A program made the translations under genes and the position numbers. From IMG/VR virus record IMGVR_UViG_3300030451_006341, positions 32,001 through 96,000 of that record: a stretch of 64,000 nucleotides of DNA. One strand, written 5' to 3'. The notes beneath the pieces were generated by a model. The model had not been told where the DNA came from. It ran no database searches and was given only the letters and a program-made list of their open reading frames with translations. This document shows positions 32,401 to 41,265 of the stretch, in pieces. How positions within the stretch are numbered: the stretch's first letter is position 1; each line of letters starts with the position of its first letter. Source of the DNA: a virus.

Positions 32401-35400
32401 CCTAAAGCTTCAAAAGATCTGTACATTCTTCTACCTGTTCTGACATTATCCTCAGTGTTGTCACTGTTAAATTCGGCTTTGTTGCTCAACACACTTTCAT
32501 TATTTGAAAGCTTATACATTTGCTGCCACAAATGTTCTGCGACATAAGTTGGGAACTGACCCTCTTGTCTACTCACCCCTACTCCATCAATGTTAGTCGG
32601 GCCAAACAGGCTCGCTTCGGCTGCTTCAAGAAATGTTGGGGCGTCTTTTTCAACTTGACTAGCATAATCAACATATCTTTTTCTACTTGCAGATCTTCTT
32701 CTATGGGTGCTTAGTGCTCTCCCCTTTGTATCTGCCAAAACCATATTCATCAAGCCCCAATCATCTTGCCCAGCAAAAAGACCACCATTGCCAAGCATAT
32801 CTTTTGAATAGGCTACTTGTAGCTGCTGTAAAACTCCATCAACTAATCCTGTAGTGACAGCATTATCTAACTCATTTTCATAAGGTAAAATACCATCGTC
32901 ACAGCCAGGTGTTGATATTAAAGGAGGCAAAGCATCAGAGATTGCGTTTGCAACACCACCTTGTGTGAGTCCTGTGAGTTCTTCCAAATCTTCTAACAAA
33001 TCATTTTGCAAACCATCAAACATTGTTTGGCACTGTTCACGCGTAGCTCTACCCTCAAGCAACATACAGCGTCTATCTCTAAATGCATCTAAATCTTCAG
33101 TTGTGGCACACAGTGAAGGATTAGCTGGCAAATCATCCTCGGCTGGCAGATTGTCAATAAAATCTCTAAAGTTTGAGCGTACGCCTGCAGGCATTAAATT
33201 ACCAACATTAGTAAATAAATCGGCTAAATCTTGTTGTGTTGGAATTGCATCAGCAAATTCAGGAAACTGATTTAAAAGTATGGTGTGCCCTGCCTCTAAG
33301 AACTCAGGTGATGCGTCACCGACTGTAGCGCCGATGCATTCTTTTCTTGTAGTGGCGCTAGATAGTGCTTCGCAAAATTCTTTAATTCTTTCAGAATTTG
33401 ATAGGGCTGCACCACCAACACCAAATTTTGCAAACATGTCTGCAATTGTAGCGTCTACTTGCTCTTGTGATGCGTTTGGTCCACAAATTGACTCTTTAAC
33501 AATATTGCTGATTGTATCTCTGCCAGAGACCAAATCAGGCAATGAAGCAACTAAACTGCCAACTGTCTCCAAAGCTTTACAAATAGCATCACCAATAAGT
33601 TGGCACACTTTAACAAGAATTCTGAACAATATTCTTAACAAAACCTGCTGGATTGCAACAATTAGTGCCTCATAAAGTTTTTCTAAAATGTCTGACCACT
33701 CGGGGATCCAGCCAAATGGATTTTGCAACATTGGTAGCTGGATTTCATTAATGTTTCTGCAAAATGGTAAATCAATACTGTTTAAAAAGTCTGCAAAATT
33801 TGGATCAAACGTAGGTGGTGCTGGACAATCAAATATAGAAATAATTTTTGCAATGATTTCTGCTCCAGGAAATTGATTTAATTGATCAACAAGTGAAAGC
33901 AGATCATTGCTGTAAACTTCTATTAGCGCAATAATATATGCGTCCATTATTGAATCAGGGTTTATACCAAAATTATTATTTCCTTCGGATAGTGTTTGGC
34001 GCGCTTCATCGTATTTTTGTGCTAATGTGCGCTGATTTTTTTGAGCATATGGATTGTTTAAGGATACCTGCCTTACTTCGTTGTCATAGTTACCATAGCT
34101 TTTGGTTGCTAATTCTCTTTCTAATAATTCTTCATCTTCCCATGGTTTACTAAATGTAATCTTGCCAAATAATGGAACATTGTCATCACCCCTTTCTACA
34201 TCATCTAATCTTTGATCAGATCTAGCTGGCGGTTCTGAAAGTTTTTTCTTAACAAGCTCATCTAATTCTGCTTGCTTATCAGGTGGTAATCCCACAAAAA
34301 GAGTGCCCCAGTTATTTAATGGAAGGGCTTTCAATGCAGATTTGAGAGCAACTTTTAGGGCCTCTTCTAATGTTAAACCTTTGAATAAACACTTAATCGC
34401 ATCCATCATAAGATCAAGTAGCCCGCACAGTTTTAAGCGACCTAAACCATCACGATAGAGAGATCTGACAATTTCATCTGTTGAAGTTCCGAGCGGCAAG
34501 GATGTAGCCAACAATGCTGCACACATTTGTACAAACACCTGATCATCTGATTCTAATTGCTCAAACGCTTGAGATGTGGCCATGGCTGCAATTGATTTTG
34601 TTTCGCCAGTTTTTGGATCTTTTAGTTTATTAAAAGCAACTCTTTGTTTACCTTTTTTGTTTGTTTTATAAACAATACCCATTTGTTCTAATTCAGTATT
34701 GATATCTCCCATGGATCTTTTACAAACATTTTTATGAAATGCATAAGCAACTGCATCCCCAATACTAAAAATATCATCGACAATATCTTGACCAAGCTGT
34801 TTAGCTTCATTAGCTAAGTTATCGGTAACACAACTTAAAGCAGTTTTTAAGTTGTCATTGTCATTTTCTGGCGCTGGAAATTTTTGTTGCGTTACGACTT
34901 TTGGGTAGGTAAACTCTTGCACAAACTCTAACCACGGACGTGCCACTCTTGCGCTTAAAAATGTATCAATTTCATCAAGTCTGGAAAAGTACGCTAACGC
35001 TGTTGGATCTTTATATGCTGCTTTACTGTTTAGCGATGTTAATCTTTTTTTACCAAAAACTTTAGGTTTTTCACGACAACCAACTGTGTATATTTTAAGC
35101 TTAGTAAGCTTATATTCTGCACTAAACTCCATTGTAAACTTTGTTACATTGTTAAAGCTAAAAAGATATTTAAAATCTTTACCAGGGTTACCTAAAAATA
35201 AGTTGTAATTTCTATCGTTTAAAAAATTATCTAATTCTTTCAAGACGTCAGCCATTCTTGATGATCCAACAAAAAACCCAGGATCTCCATATCTATCAAA
35301 TTTATTATGTGCAAAAACTGCACCGCTGTCTTCAAAAAAAAGATTGCCACCTTCCACGCCAGTAAAAACACGATAATATCTTGAATAAAGATACATTGCT

Positions 35401-35939
35401 TTTCTAAGCTTCATTAACTTAGGAAAAACGTCTTTTGTGTCATAGGTAACAGTAACGGGCCCTGCTGGCTCTTTGTCCTCATCTGCTTCTGGTATTACAT
35501 CATCTTCTATTAATGCAAATTGTTCAACAGGTACCGAGTACAATAATTTTACTGGTAAACCTTCTCGGGGGCTCAAATCATATTTAGAATACTGAACATG
35601 TGTTCTAAGCATATCAATAGTTTCAGCACTAGATATTTTATTAAAGTTATCAAGCAGAGAATCTAGTGCAATTGATTCATATTGTTCAAATAATTCATCA
35701 ACATTTTCTGGTAGTGCAGTTTGCTCAGTGACAACTGTGCACTGCATTAAACAATATTTTTCGTTAAACCATGGTTCTTGTGTATCTCTTTTTTTCCAAT
35801 TAGGAACAACTGCGTTTGGATTTCTTGTGCATGGTGGACATTTATTAACCAACAAAATATCACTGGTAAAATCTTTACAAACGTCAGGAAGACCATCATT
35901 ATTTTTATCTTGATATCTTAAAAAGGGTGATTTAGCCAT
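29472..35939 (-). CDS. Large baseplate-associated hypothetical protein
   Basis: 2155 aa between the gp5-like genes and gp25; largely helical; DKNNDGLPD and DYDSDGKAD Ca-binding-like motifs; YTSGGE..EYVGYFH motif. Confidence 0.55.
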   Translation of the reverse strand: MAKSPFLRYQDKNNDGLPDVCKDFTSDILLVNKCPPCTRNPNAVVPNWKKRDTQEPWFNEKYCLMQCTVVTEQTALPENVDELFEQYESIALDSLLDNFNKISSAETIDMLRTHVQYSKYDLSPREGLPVKLLYSVPVEQFALIEDDVIPEADEDKEPAGPVTVTYDTKDVFPKLMKLRKAMYLYSRYYRVFTGVEGGNLFFEDSGAVFAHNKFDRYGDPGFFVGSSRMADVLKELDNFLNDRNYNLFLGNPGKDFKYLFSFNNVTKFTMEFSAEYKLTKLKIYTVGCREKPKVFGKKRLTSLNSKAAYKDPTALAYFSRLDEIDTFLSARVARPWLEFVQEFTYPKVVTQQKFPAPENDNDNLKTALSCVTDNLANEAKQLGQDIVDDIFSIGDAVAYAFHKNVCKRSMGDINTELEQMGIVYKTNKKGKQRVAFNKLKDPKTGETKSIAAMATSQAFEQLESDDQVFVQMCAALLATSLPLGTSTDEIVRSLYRDGLGRLKLCGLLDLMMDAIKCLFKGLTLEEALKVALKSALKALPLNNWGTLFVGLPPDKQAELDELVKKKLSEPPARSDQRLDDVERGDDNVPLFGKITFSKPWEDEELLERELATKSYGNYDNEVRQVSLNNPYAQKNQRTLAQKYDEARQTLSEGNNNFGINPDSIMDAYIIALIEVYSNDLLSLVDQLNQFPGAEIIAKIISIFDCPAPPTFDPNFADFLNSIDLPFCRNINEIQLPMLQNPFGWIPEWSDILEKLYEALIVAIQQVLLRILFRILVKVCQLIGDAICKALETVGSLVASLPDLVSGRDTISNIVKESICGPNASQEQVDATIADMFAKFGVGGAALSNSERIKEFCEALSSATTRKECIGATVGDASPEFLEAGHTILLNQFPEFADAIPTQQDLADLFTNVGNLMPAGVRSNFRDFIDNLPAEDDLPANPSLCATTEDLDAFRDRRCMLLEGRATREQCQTMFDGLQNDLLEDLEELTGLTQGGVANAISDALPPLISTPGCDDGILPYENELDNAVTTGLVDGVLQQLQVAYSKDMLGNGGLFAGQDDWGLMNMVLADTKGRALSTHRRRSASRKRYVDYASQVEKDAPTFLEAAEASLFGPTNIDGVGVSRQEGQFPTYVAEHLWQQMYKLSNNESVLSNKAEFNSDNTEDNVRTGRRMYRSFEALGYKGFFGTLNVNLLTMPDFGYNTRFTVDMDNERVVIKKGARKDKADVILSFQDNNDGLDKKDRNQKFGFGFDLKMWVSDVHSYKENSNSEKIFVNRFDDNARVAIIYKTFDRQPSDEVTKENDINPDNDFIRERKYEFLSVDNTLDSIEVVNYPHYLSTQNTLKEFIPQIYMLADLTGLEPSANIKSFHDSFLTTLLQKMLSDVCGTAKDIDGTNYPTKAAWLYGAAVDDLTEEDMEYVLKRGQSEVSPGGTPYGKARVTDYDSDGKADGDRKISNDDMILGISHMQFKGEKENRVFFLDPTTYGGSYTRPKIFIKPMDNTGWLGMIDVMFPDAGPCKPQYTDLVDFKQITDSTAESYNTMPEDQRLKGDPDCVLENPYNRILMRESKATIQSLITAACRIYASVHFVKAMATFTTFNTTIKENYSSIFSAYIVEIMEKDFKDAQGDFLEAFNTFKDEEFWYAFLEQSVQTYARLADEGRVIPPEPVLQAMYRLNDKQEKYKYPNKTRLKAAKATRRAQRLQTLKSWRYEKNLDAVQATEEDAKLILKEFVAKELTVIAETFNKNSKQYNLKPEYNDLMLYVLKNFAVGAESLDMDKEIVEKVVDLGEVDDDENLYTSGGELSLPDGTEYVGYFHKHENEDGVEIYMVGEAHSDETHEELTLFAHKVEIEIGDVDGYGSAPSTSENKPLKIEKYISINGTRYSPSEAVSIIKSNDPTKNISDVYPGTLELVKDEQDRVIGTTGQLGVRYGLQFSIRINGKNRTVTTVEMDALDLKCSQMPTIEPNSKLLYCLINMLRDDEKFKILMNYVIPVNKFTSLIAIYNDLGFLPSIGQLTVEKGDNQTDSLGDKPGLTATITEEGVVESIEGNPGWEHYKDRNRGWSIGYRTWDEWDKELLRNSRSVIKRLFKPLYNSRDFESSVKSLSKLDNGGNIYAQNLKAILSLPPGAGFLSWWDWGRLMKTSPFNGRGKLCTKNDE

Positions 35940-35948
35940 GTTATACCT

Positions 35949-37139
35949 TTATGTTGTAAACACGTTTTGGCTTACAATATATTTTGCGCCCGCGGGCGAT
36001 AAATATCCAATGTTTACAAGTTTTGAATTAATTCTTAAATGATGCACTGAGTTATTGACAAACATTTTCAAAAGCAGCGCTGTAATAGTGGCGCCCATTG
36101 CTTGGACCCCATGAAAAGGTGTTAGCGAAAATATTCTAGCAAATAATTGGAACATTTGTGCTTGTTTCTGGACACAACCCATAAGCAAGCCAATAGACTC
36201 TTGCATTTCCAATAAACAATCTGTTAAGTTTTCTCCATAAGGAACACCTTGTAAAAGCTGAACATTTTGCGGAGTGTTAAAAAGGCCGCCCCATAATTTA
36301 CGCGTGCCATCTACATTTCCAGCTATTAGTTCAATGGGTGCTGCTCTGGGTATTGTGCCGCCTAATGAATTTGTTTCAACTTGACCAGCGGCGTATGAAC
36401 GCCCAGTTACAATTTTAACTCCCTCGCTTCCAAAAACTCTTACTTTATCAGACTTTATTCCTATGGCTGCACGTGATGCGGTAGGCTTACCCATCATTGC
36501 GTTTGAGCGCCCCGACACACCTGCAACAATTCCAAAATTTAAATCAACATCTGTAAGTTGGCTAATATAAATTCTTGATGCGTCACAAAAAAAGTTAGGG
36601 TCAACAGCTTTAATTTTTCCTTTAGAAAGCTGTTCTTGTTTACAAGACATGCGACCAACAACTATATCAATTGTATTAGCTCTTGATGAACCTTTACCAC
36701 CCTTACCACTGGCTAACGTACTAGGTCTATCAAAGCCCATAATAATAGCTGCATTATTATTTTTAGATGTTAATTTAGTTTCTCCACGACCAGAAATAAA
36801 ATTTATGGTTGGAGCAAGAGGCTCACCTTGAAAAGTACCTTGGCCATCGGGATTAAGTCTGAGAGTATCATTTTTATCAAAAGGTCCTTGATTTGGATTT
36901 ATAGTTCTACCAAACCCAGCTATGTCTGATGCTTGACGAGCAGCCTCTAATCCACTAAGTTCTGATGAGTCACCTGGTGTGTTATTTAGCTTTTGAAGAA
37001 TATCAAGCTCTTTTTCTAAATCAAGGCCAGCAAAATCATTTAATGCTTCTGAGTTGCTTGTGTATTGTGAATTAGCTCTTTCTAATTCGTCGTTCAAAAA
37101 TTTAAGGTATTCTTCGTCTGTATACTTCTTTTTTGACAT
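35949..37139 (-). CDS. Baseplate hub/spike protein, gp5 C-terminal (beta-strand repeat)-like
   Basis: 396 aa; short beta-strand repeats (FISGRGE, AAIIMG, RIYISQ, AIGIKSDKVRVFGSEGVKIVTG); sits between the lysozyme gene and gp25. Confidence 0.5.
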   Translation of the reverse strand: MSKKKYTDEEYLKFLNDELERANSQYTSNSEALNDFAGLDLEKELDILQKLNNTPGDSSELSGLEAARQASDIAGFGRTINPNQGPFDKNDTLRLNPDGQGTFQGEPLAPTINFISGRGETKLTSKNNNAAIIMGFDRPSTLASGKGGKGSSRANTIDIVVGRMSCKQEQLSKGKIKAVDPNFFCDASRIYISQLTDVDLNFGIVAGVSGRSNAMMGKPTASRAAIGIKSDKVRVFGSEGVKIVTGRSYAAGQVETNSLGGTIPRAAPIELIAGNVDGTRKLWGGLFNTPQNVQLLQGVPYGENLTDCLLEMQESIGLLMGCVQKQAQMFQLFARIFSLTPFHGVQAMGATITALLLKMFVNNSVHHLRINSKLVNIGYLSPAGAKYIVSQNVFTT

Positions 37140-37155
37140 TTTTGTATTCCTGGTG

Positions 37156-37162
37156 TAAATAG
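37156..37162 (-). promoter_or_regulatory. Candidate late promoter motif CTATTTA
   Basis: AACTATTTA, 16 nt upstream of ATG 37139. Confidence 0.55.
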
Positions 37163-37184
37163 TTATTTACTAAATTATTATATT

Positions 37185-38414
37185 TTATGTCTGATTTTGT
37201 GCGTATTCTTTGCTTAATTCAGTAGCGAGTTTGCCTCTTTCAAGGCCTTTTTTTTCTTTATTGACAGGTTTTTCAAAATCTACACATATTTGATATGCCG
37301 CATCAGAGGGTGACATAATATTACTATTGTATGCAACTGCATTTGGATTTTGAACACTTGGGGGAAACAACTCTCTCATTCTTTCTGCTACATATTCAAA
37401 TTGTATATTTTCTTGAGTTATATAATTGAAAATCCTTTCTTCAGTTTCTTCATTAAACCCTTCACGATTTTCTCTCCAATCAGTAATGTTATATGCGCGT
37501 ACAACAAATTTTGCTTTATCGGTGCTTAATAACGCATTTCCTTCACCGTTAGCAGAACACAAATTTAATTGCCAGTACCCAAACGAGCAATAGTTTTTAA
37601 TTGGTTGATACTGTCTTTTGCCAATTACACTTTCAGGATCGCCAGCATTATTACTTATTAAGCTAGATTCCTCTAACGCGTTAGCGGTAAGACCCCATAA
37701 AAAATTATCTGAAAACCCAGAAAAATGTATACTACTTTTTAATTTTTCAAAAAACTCTGCGGCTGAGCTTTTTTCTTTTAATGTCCATGTTTTTTCAGGA
37801 AACGCGTACTCGCCTACACTAAGACCTGTACCAAACAATTCAGATAATTTACCACAACTACCATCTTCTTTGTACGCTGCAGTGGCTTCCGCTCTTACCA
37901 CTTGCTCAACAGAATCAAAATAACAATGTTGTAAGTCTATTGGCCCAGCATCACCTGCAGTAATATTAACACTAACAACATCGCCTATTTTTAGTGGGCT
38001 GCCGTTATAATCATATTTTGATATACAGAGAGTATGCTGGTTGATTATATTTATAAGGCCTTCGTCATCTCCAGTAAACTTTGTAGTATTACATGGATCT
38101 TCTAATAATTGATGTGGTGATAAAAATTTATTACCTACAATTCTACCCCTAAACATAATTTGCTTACCAAGATTAAAGGCTATATTTGCTGCGGCGCTTC
38201 CGACTATACTTGCAGCCCCACCAATTGCATTCATTGGAATTATATTAGAATTTATCAGTATTGGAGGTGAAACAACTTTTACAGTTAGTGTATTAACATT
38301 GCGGTAAGTATTTTTTCTTGTAATACTGTCTACAACATATGCGTCAAAATCGTCAACCTCTTGTGCAGTTGTTAGATTTACATCGGGTGAAATGTCGTAT
38401 TCGTTGATAGCCAT
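37185..38414 (-). CDS. gp5 N-terminal OB-fold-like domain fused to a phage tail lysozyme (Phage_lysozyme2-like)
   Basis: PLKIGDVVSV is OB-like. WGLTANALEESS..SFGYWQ..QFEYV..DAAYQICVDFEKP..ERGKLA fits the tail lysozyme pattern with its catalytic Glu. Confidence 0.7.
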   Translation of the reverse strand: MAINEYDISPDVNLTTAQEVDDFDAYVVDSITRKNTYRNVNTLTVKVVSPPILINSNIIPMNAIGGAASIVGSAAANIAFNLGKQIMFRGRIVGNKFLSPHQLLEDPCNTTKFTGDDEGLINIINQHTLCISKYDYNGSPLKIGDVVSVNITAGDAGPIDLQHCYFDSVEQVVRAEATAAYKEDGSCGKLSELFGTGLSVGEYAFPEKTWTLKEKSSAAEFFEKLKSSIHFSGFSDNFLWGLTANALEESSLISNNAGDPESVIGKRQYQPIKNYCSFGYWQLNLCSANGEGNALLSTDKAKFVVRAYNITDWRENREGFNEETEERIFNYITQENIQFEYVAERMRELFPPSVQNPNAVAYNSNIMSPSDAAYQICVDFEKPVNKEKKGLERGKLATELSKEYAQNQT

Positions 38415-38434
38415 AGCAATGTTCTCCTGTTAAA

Positions 38435-38441
38435 TAAATAG
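38435..38441 (-). promoter_or_regulatory. Candidate late promoter motif CTATTTA, first of the structural module
   Basis: 20 nt upstream of ATG 38414, upstream of the AGGAG SD. Confidence 0.55.
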
Positions 38442-38453
38442 GAGGCGTGCAAA

Positions 38454-38753
38454 TTATTTAATTTCCTCTGTTTGGATTAAATCAAAAAGTTGCTGTTTAT
38501 CGTGTTCAGATAATTCAACAGAATTATTTTGTTCTTTTTGCTTTAGAGAAATAATTTTTACTAATTGTTCATTGGAGCGCTGTAATGTTTCTATATGCTT
38601 AGCTGCTACTGGGCTCAAATATTTATTTTGTTCTGGTTCTTTAGCTATTTGATTAGCAACTTCATTAAGAAACTCTCTTGCAACTTTTCTGTCATTTCTA
38701 ATGTTTCCAAGGGCCTCTTGCACTAAATCATCAAGTGAATTTTTTGTACTCAT
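38454..38753 (-). CDS. Small helical protein, possible terminase small subunit (T4 gp16-like)
   Basis: 99 aa; VAAKHIETLQRSNEQLVKI follows the helical register recalled for gp16; ATGA-coupled to the sigma gene. The function call is weak. Confidence 0.4.
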   Translation of the reverse strand: MSTKNSLDDLVQEALGNIRNDRKVAREFLNEVANQIAKEPEQNKYLSPVAAKHIETLQRSNEQLVKIISLKQKEQNNSVELSEHDKQQLFDLIQTEEIK

Positions 38754-39460
38754 AGCGTTCCAGACTCCCAGTCAGTTTTAAAACAATAATATTTTTTTCT
38801 AAATTTTTTAAGAGAATTCACAATTTGTTTTGTGTTTAAGCCAGTGATTTCTCTAAGGTATAGATAAATAGCTTTTTTGTTAAATATTTCTATGTCCTCT
38901 TTAGAGTCAAACAAAATTATAATTGCTTGATATACTTTAAGATCATTATCTTTCATTTGGGACGAGTCCCATGATTTTAATTCTTCATAAAATAGTTTCC
39001 AAAATTCTTCTTCAACTCGATTACTAACATATGATTCATTGGTTGATAAAAATTCTTCTTCATAATTTTTTGATATGTTGTCAAAATCAACTTCTCTTTG
39101 GTTTCTCTTTTGTTGTCTTTTAACTTTATGAATAAACCAATTTTTTGTAATAACTGAAAAATATGAAAATGCTTTTGAGCCCTTAGCTGGATCATATTTA
39201 TCTAAAATTGTCATTAACCATATTTTACACTCATCACGCAAATAATCTATATTTGGCAAATTAGTAAACTTATACGTAAAAACAATTTTATCCACCATTT
39301 CATTAAATGCTGGTTCAATCCAACGAACATATAGCTCGGTTCTTCTTTTACTACAATTAACTTTGCAGTATTCAATTATTGCATCTTCATGATCTTGCGT
39401 AAAATAATGATTTTTATTTTTTGGCCTTCTGCCTCTACGCTTCTTTGTCTGTGTTGTCAT
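38750..39460 (-). CDS. Phage-encoded sigma factor (sigma70 region 2 / T4 gp55-like), probably for late transcription
   Basis: LDKYDPAKGSKAFSYFSVITKNWF is region-2-like; C-terminal HTH-like LREITGLNTKQIVNSL; start moved to ATG 39460. Confidence 0.7.
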   Translation of the reverse strand: MTTQTKKRRGRRPKNKNHYFTQDHEDAIIEYCKVNCSKRRTELYVRWIEPAFNEMVDKIVFTYKFTNLPNIDYLRDECKIWLMTILDKYDPAKGSKAFSYFSVITKNWFIHKVKRQQKRNQREVDFDNISKNYEEEFLSTNESYVSNRVEEEFWKLFYEELKSWDSSQMKDNDLKVYQAIIILFDSKEDIEIFNKKAIYLYLREITGLNTKQIVNSLKKFRKKYYCFKTDWESGTL

Positions 39461-39767
39461 TAATTTGTTCCGTTTCTTCCTCTGCATCAGCATATTGATA
39501 AATAAAGTCAAATGTATCCATTTGTTCATTAAACGAGCGCGCATGTTCAATAAGAGAGCCTAATGTTTCATCACCATAAAACATTTCCATCTCATAAACT
39601 GACTCTAGATGACCAGTGAAAGTATCTACCATACTACCTAAATCATTTAATTCCTGAGAAATAAATAATAATTTTGCTGCTACATTCCTAGCGTATATTA
39701 TTAATCCCATGTTTAACAAAATTGATAATGTAGCTATAGCAGATAAAATAATTTCAAGGCGACTCAT
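39435..39767 (-). CDS. Small protein with an N-terminal membrane anchor and coiled coil
   Basis: IILSAIATLSILLNMGLIIYA hydrophobic helix followed by an acidic helical region. Confidence 0.6.
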   Translation of the reverse strand: MSRLEIILSAIATLSILLNMGLIIYARNVAAKLLFISQELNDLGSMVDTFTGHLESVYEMEMFYGDETLGSLIEHARSFNEQMDTFDFIYQYADAEEETEQINDNTDKEA

Positions 39768-40014
39768 ACTCAGTACTCCGTGCTTCTTCTTTTTGTTTTT
39801 CTAAAATCTCACGATTTTTTTCAATATATTCTTTAGTTACGCTTCCAACTTTATGTTCTGTTTCCTTGCTAGACGAAGAAAAAAATTTATCAAATACTTT
39901 ATTCATACTATTTTTTGCGCCGCACTCAGAACAATCCTCAAGCGTTTCTGACATACGCAAAAATACAGTTTGTATTTGATTACAAGCTGTGCATTGGAAA
40001 CGATATCTTGGCAT
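39754..40014 (-). CDS. FmdB-family zinc-ribbon protein
   Basis: MPRYRFQCTAC...CSECG motif. Confidence 0.8.
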   Translation of the reverse strand: MPRYRFQCTACNQIQTVFLRMSETLEDCSECGAKNSMNKVFDKFFSSSSKETEHKVGSVTKEYIEKNREILEKQKEEARSTEYESP

Positions 40015-40217
40015 TATTTTACCATGTTTTCTAAATCGTCATTAGTAATCGCACTATTATCTGTAAATCTTACAGTTGGTGGATTAGTAACAACAAGACC
40101 TTGTTCACCTTCCTCTAAATCAAAACCTTTAAGTATTGGAACTATATCGATTTGATTTAAAAGTGACTCTTGTAGGGCCATCATTACTGCGCCAAGCGCT
40201 TGATTAGAAAATTTCAT
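40014..40217 (-). CDS. Hypothetical protein (67 aa)
   Basis: Start moved to ATG 40217 with AAGGAG SD; TAATG-coupled to the next gene. Confidence 0.65.
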   Translation of the reverse strand: MKFSNQALGAVMMALQESLLNQIDIVPILKGFDLEEGEQGLVVTNPPTVRFTDNSAITNDDLENMVK

Positions 40218-40218
40218 T

Positions 40219-40578
40219 TTAATCTCCTTTGTGAATACGATAGCTATCGCTATCAAAATGTTGTGTAGAAAATTCAAATAATTCAGTATCTTGTAAAGCA
40301 ATCATTTGGTGTCTAAGTCCTCTATAAACATGAAAGTTGTCACCAGCTTCTAAAATAAGTTCTTTTGCTAATTTGATATCGTCAAATTCAGAATATTTTA
40401 CTAAAATTTTACCAGACTGAATATAAAATACTTCGTCTTTTAAAATATGATAATGCCAAGAGCAGCGCTTTCCTTTAACAAAATATAAAAGCTTACCGCA
40501 ATATTCTTCATTGTTGACGATCCATTTTTCAAATCCCCAACCTTTAGGCACGAATTTCATTTTTAAAGAAGTCTCCAT
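40219..40578 (-). CDS. Cupin-fold sugar(-phosphate) isomerase (mannose-6-phosphate isomerase type II / lyxose isomerase-like)
   Basis: KGWGFE..CGKLL..SWHYH..KDEVFY..H cupin metal ligands. Confidence 0.75.
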   Translation of the reverse strand: METSLKMKFVPKGWGFEKWIVNNEEYCGKLLYFVKGKRCSWHYHILKDEVFYIQSGKILVKYSEFDDIKLAKELILEAGDNFHVYRGLRHQMIALQDTELFEFSTQHFDSDSYRIHKGD

Positions 40579-40876
40579 CTTTCATTCCTTTGTCATCAAT
40601 GTATACATCACCCGCGGGCTTACCTAAATGTAAACTATGAAATTTTACTCCCCATTCAATTAATTGTTTTCTAGTAAATTCATAAAATGCGCGATTAGCA
40701 TATCCTGCATTATTATTGCTCCTACCCATACCTCTGGCTGTTAAAAAAACAATTGTATTACCATCGTCATATAACTTATTAATCTTTTCTATTCTATCAA
40801 TATATGGTATGGCAAATCCATAGTTTCCATCAGTCAAACTGCATATTGTCCCATCAATATCAAAAACGTAAGTCAC
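40544..40876 (-). CDS. Small HAD-family phosphatase (capsule-biosynthesis EcbF/BcbF type)
   Basis: FDIDGT, TARG and GKP..YIDDK HAD motifs I-IV. Confidence 0.8.
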   Translation of the reverse strand: MTYVFDIDGTICSLTDGNYGFAIPYIDRIEKINKLYDDGNTIVFLTARGMGRSNNNAGYANRAFYEFTRKQLIEWGVKFHSLHLGKPAGDVYIDDKGMKDGDFFKNEIRA

Positions 40877-41265
40877 TTGTTGTTCTCCAGTATATTTGTA
40901 GTCGAATAATTACCTATTCTATTAAAAAACATTAATTTTTTAGCGTAGTTTTGGCCAACAACTTTTTTACCTTTCCAATCTGAACCAATAACCATTATAT
41001 CAGGATTGTTTAATTTTATTAAATTTTCTAATTGTTCTGTTGAATCAAACAACAAAACTTCATCAACATACTTAATGCTTTCAAGGGCAAATTTTCTATC
41101 TTCTTGATGATTATATGGCCTATTTGGGCCCTTGTCTTTGCTTACTTTAGAGTCTGTGTCTACTCCAACTATAAGCTTATCACCTAAAGATTTAGCATAT
41201 TTTAACATTTCAAAGTGGCCGCGGTGCAAAACATCAAAACAACCATTAGTCCATACCACACTCAT
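40873..41265 (-). CDS. rfaE2: Heptose-1-phosphate nucleotidyltransferase (RfaE/HldE domain II, cytidylyltransferase fold)
   Basis: TNGCFDVLHRGH, KGPNRP, GSDW and YSTT motifs; start moved to ATG 41265 (ATGA overlap). Confidence 0.8.
   Translation of the reverse strand: MSVVWTNGCFDVLHRGHFEMLKYAKSLGDKLIVGVDTDSKVSKDKGPNRPYNHQEDRKFALESIKYVDEVLLFDSTEQLENLIKLNNPDIMVIGSDWKGKKVVGQNYAKKLMFFNRIGNYSTTNILENNK

Noticed and set aside
35986-35998. GC-rich palindrome CGCCCGCGGGCG
   Set aside because: Single occurrence inside a CDS, explained by S-P-A-G-A codons; no U-tract and no repeats.
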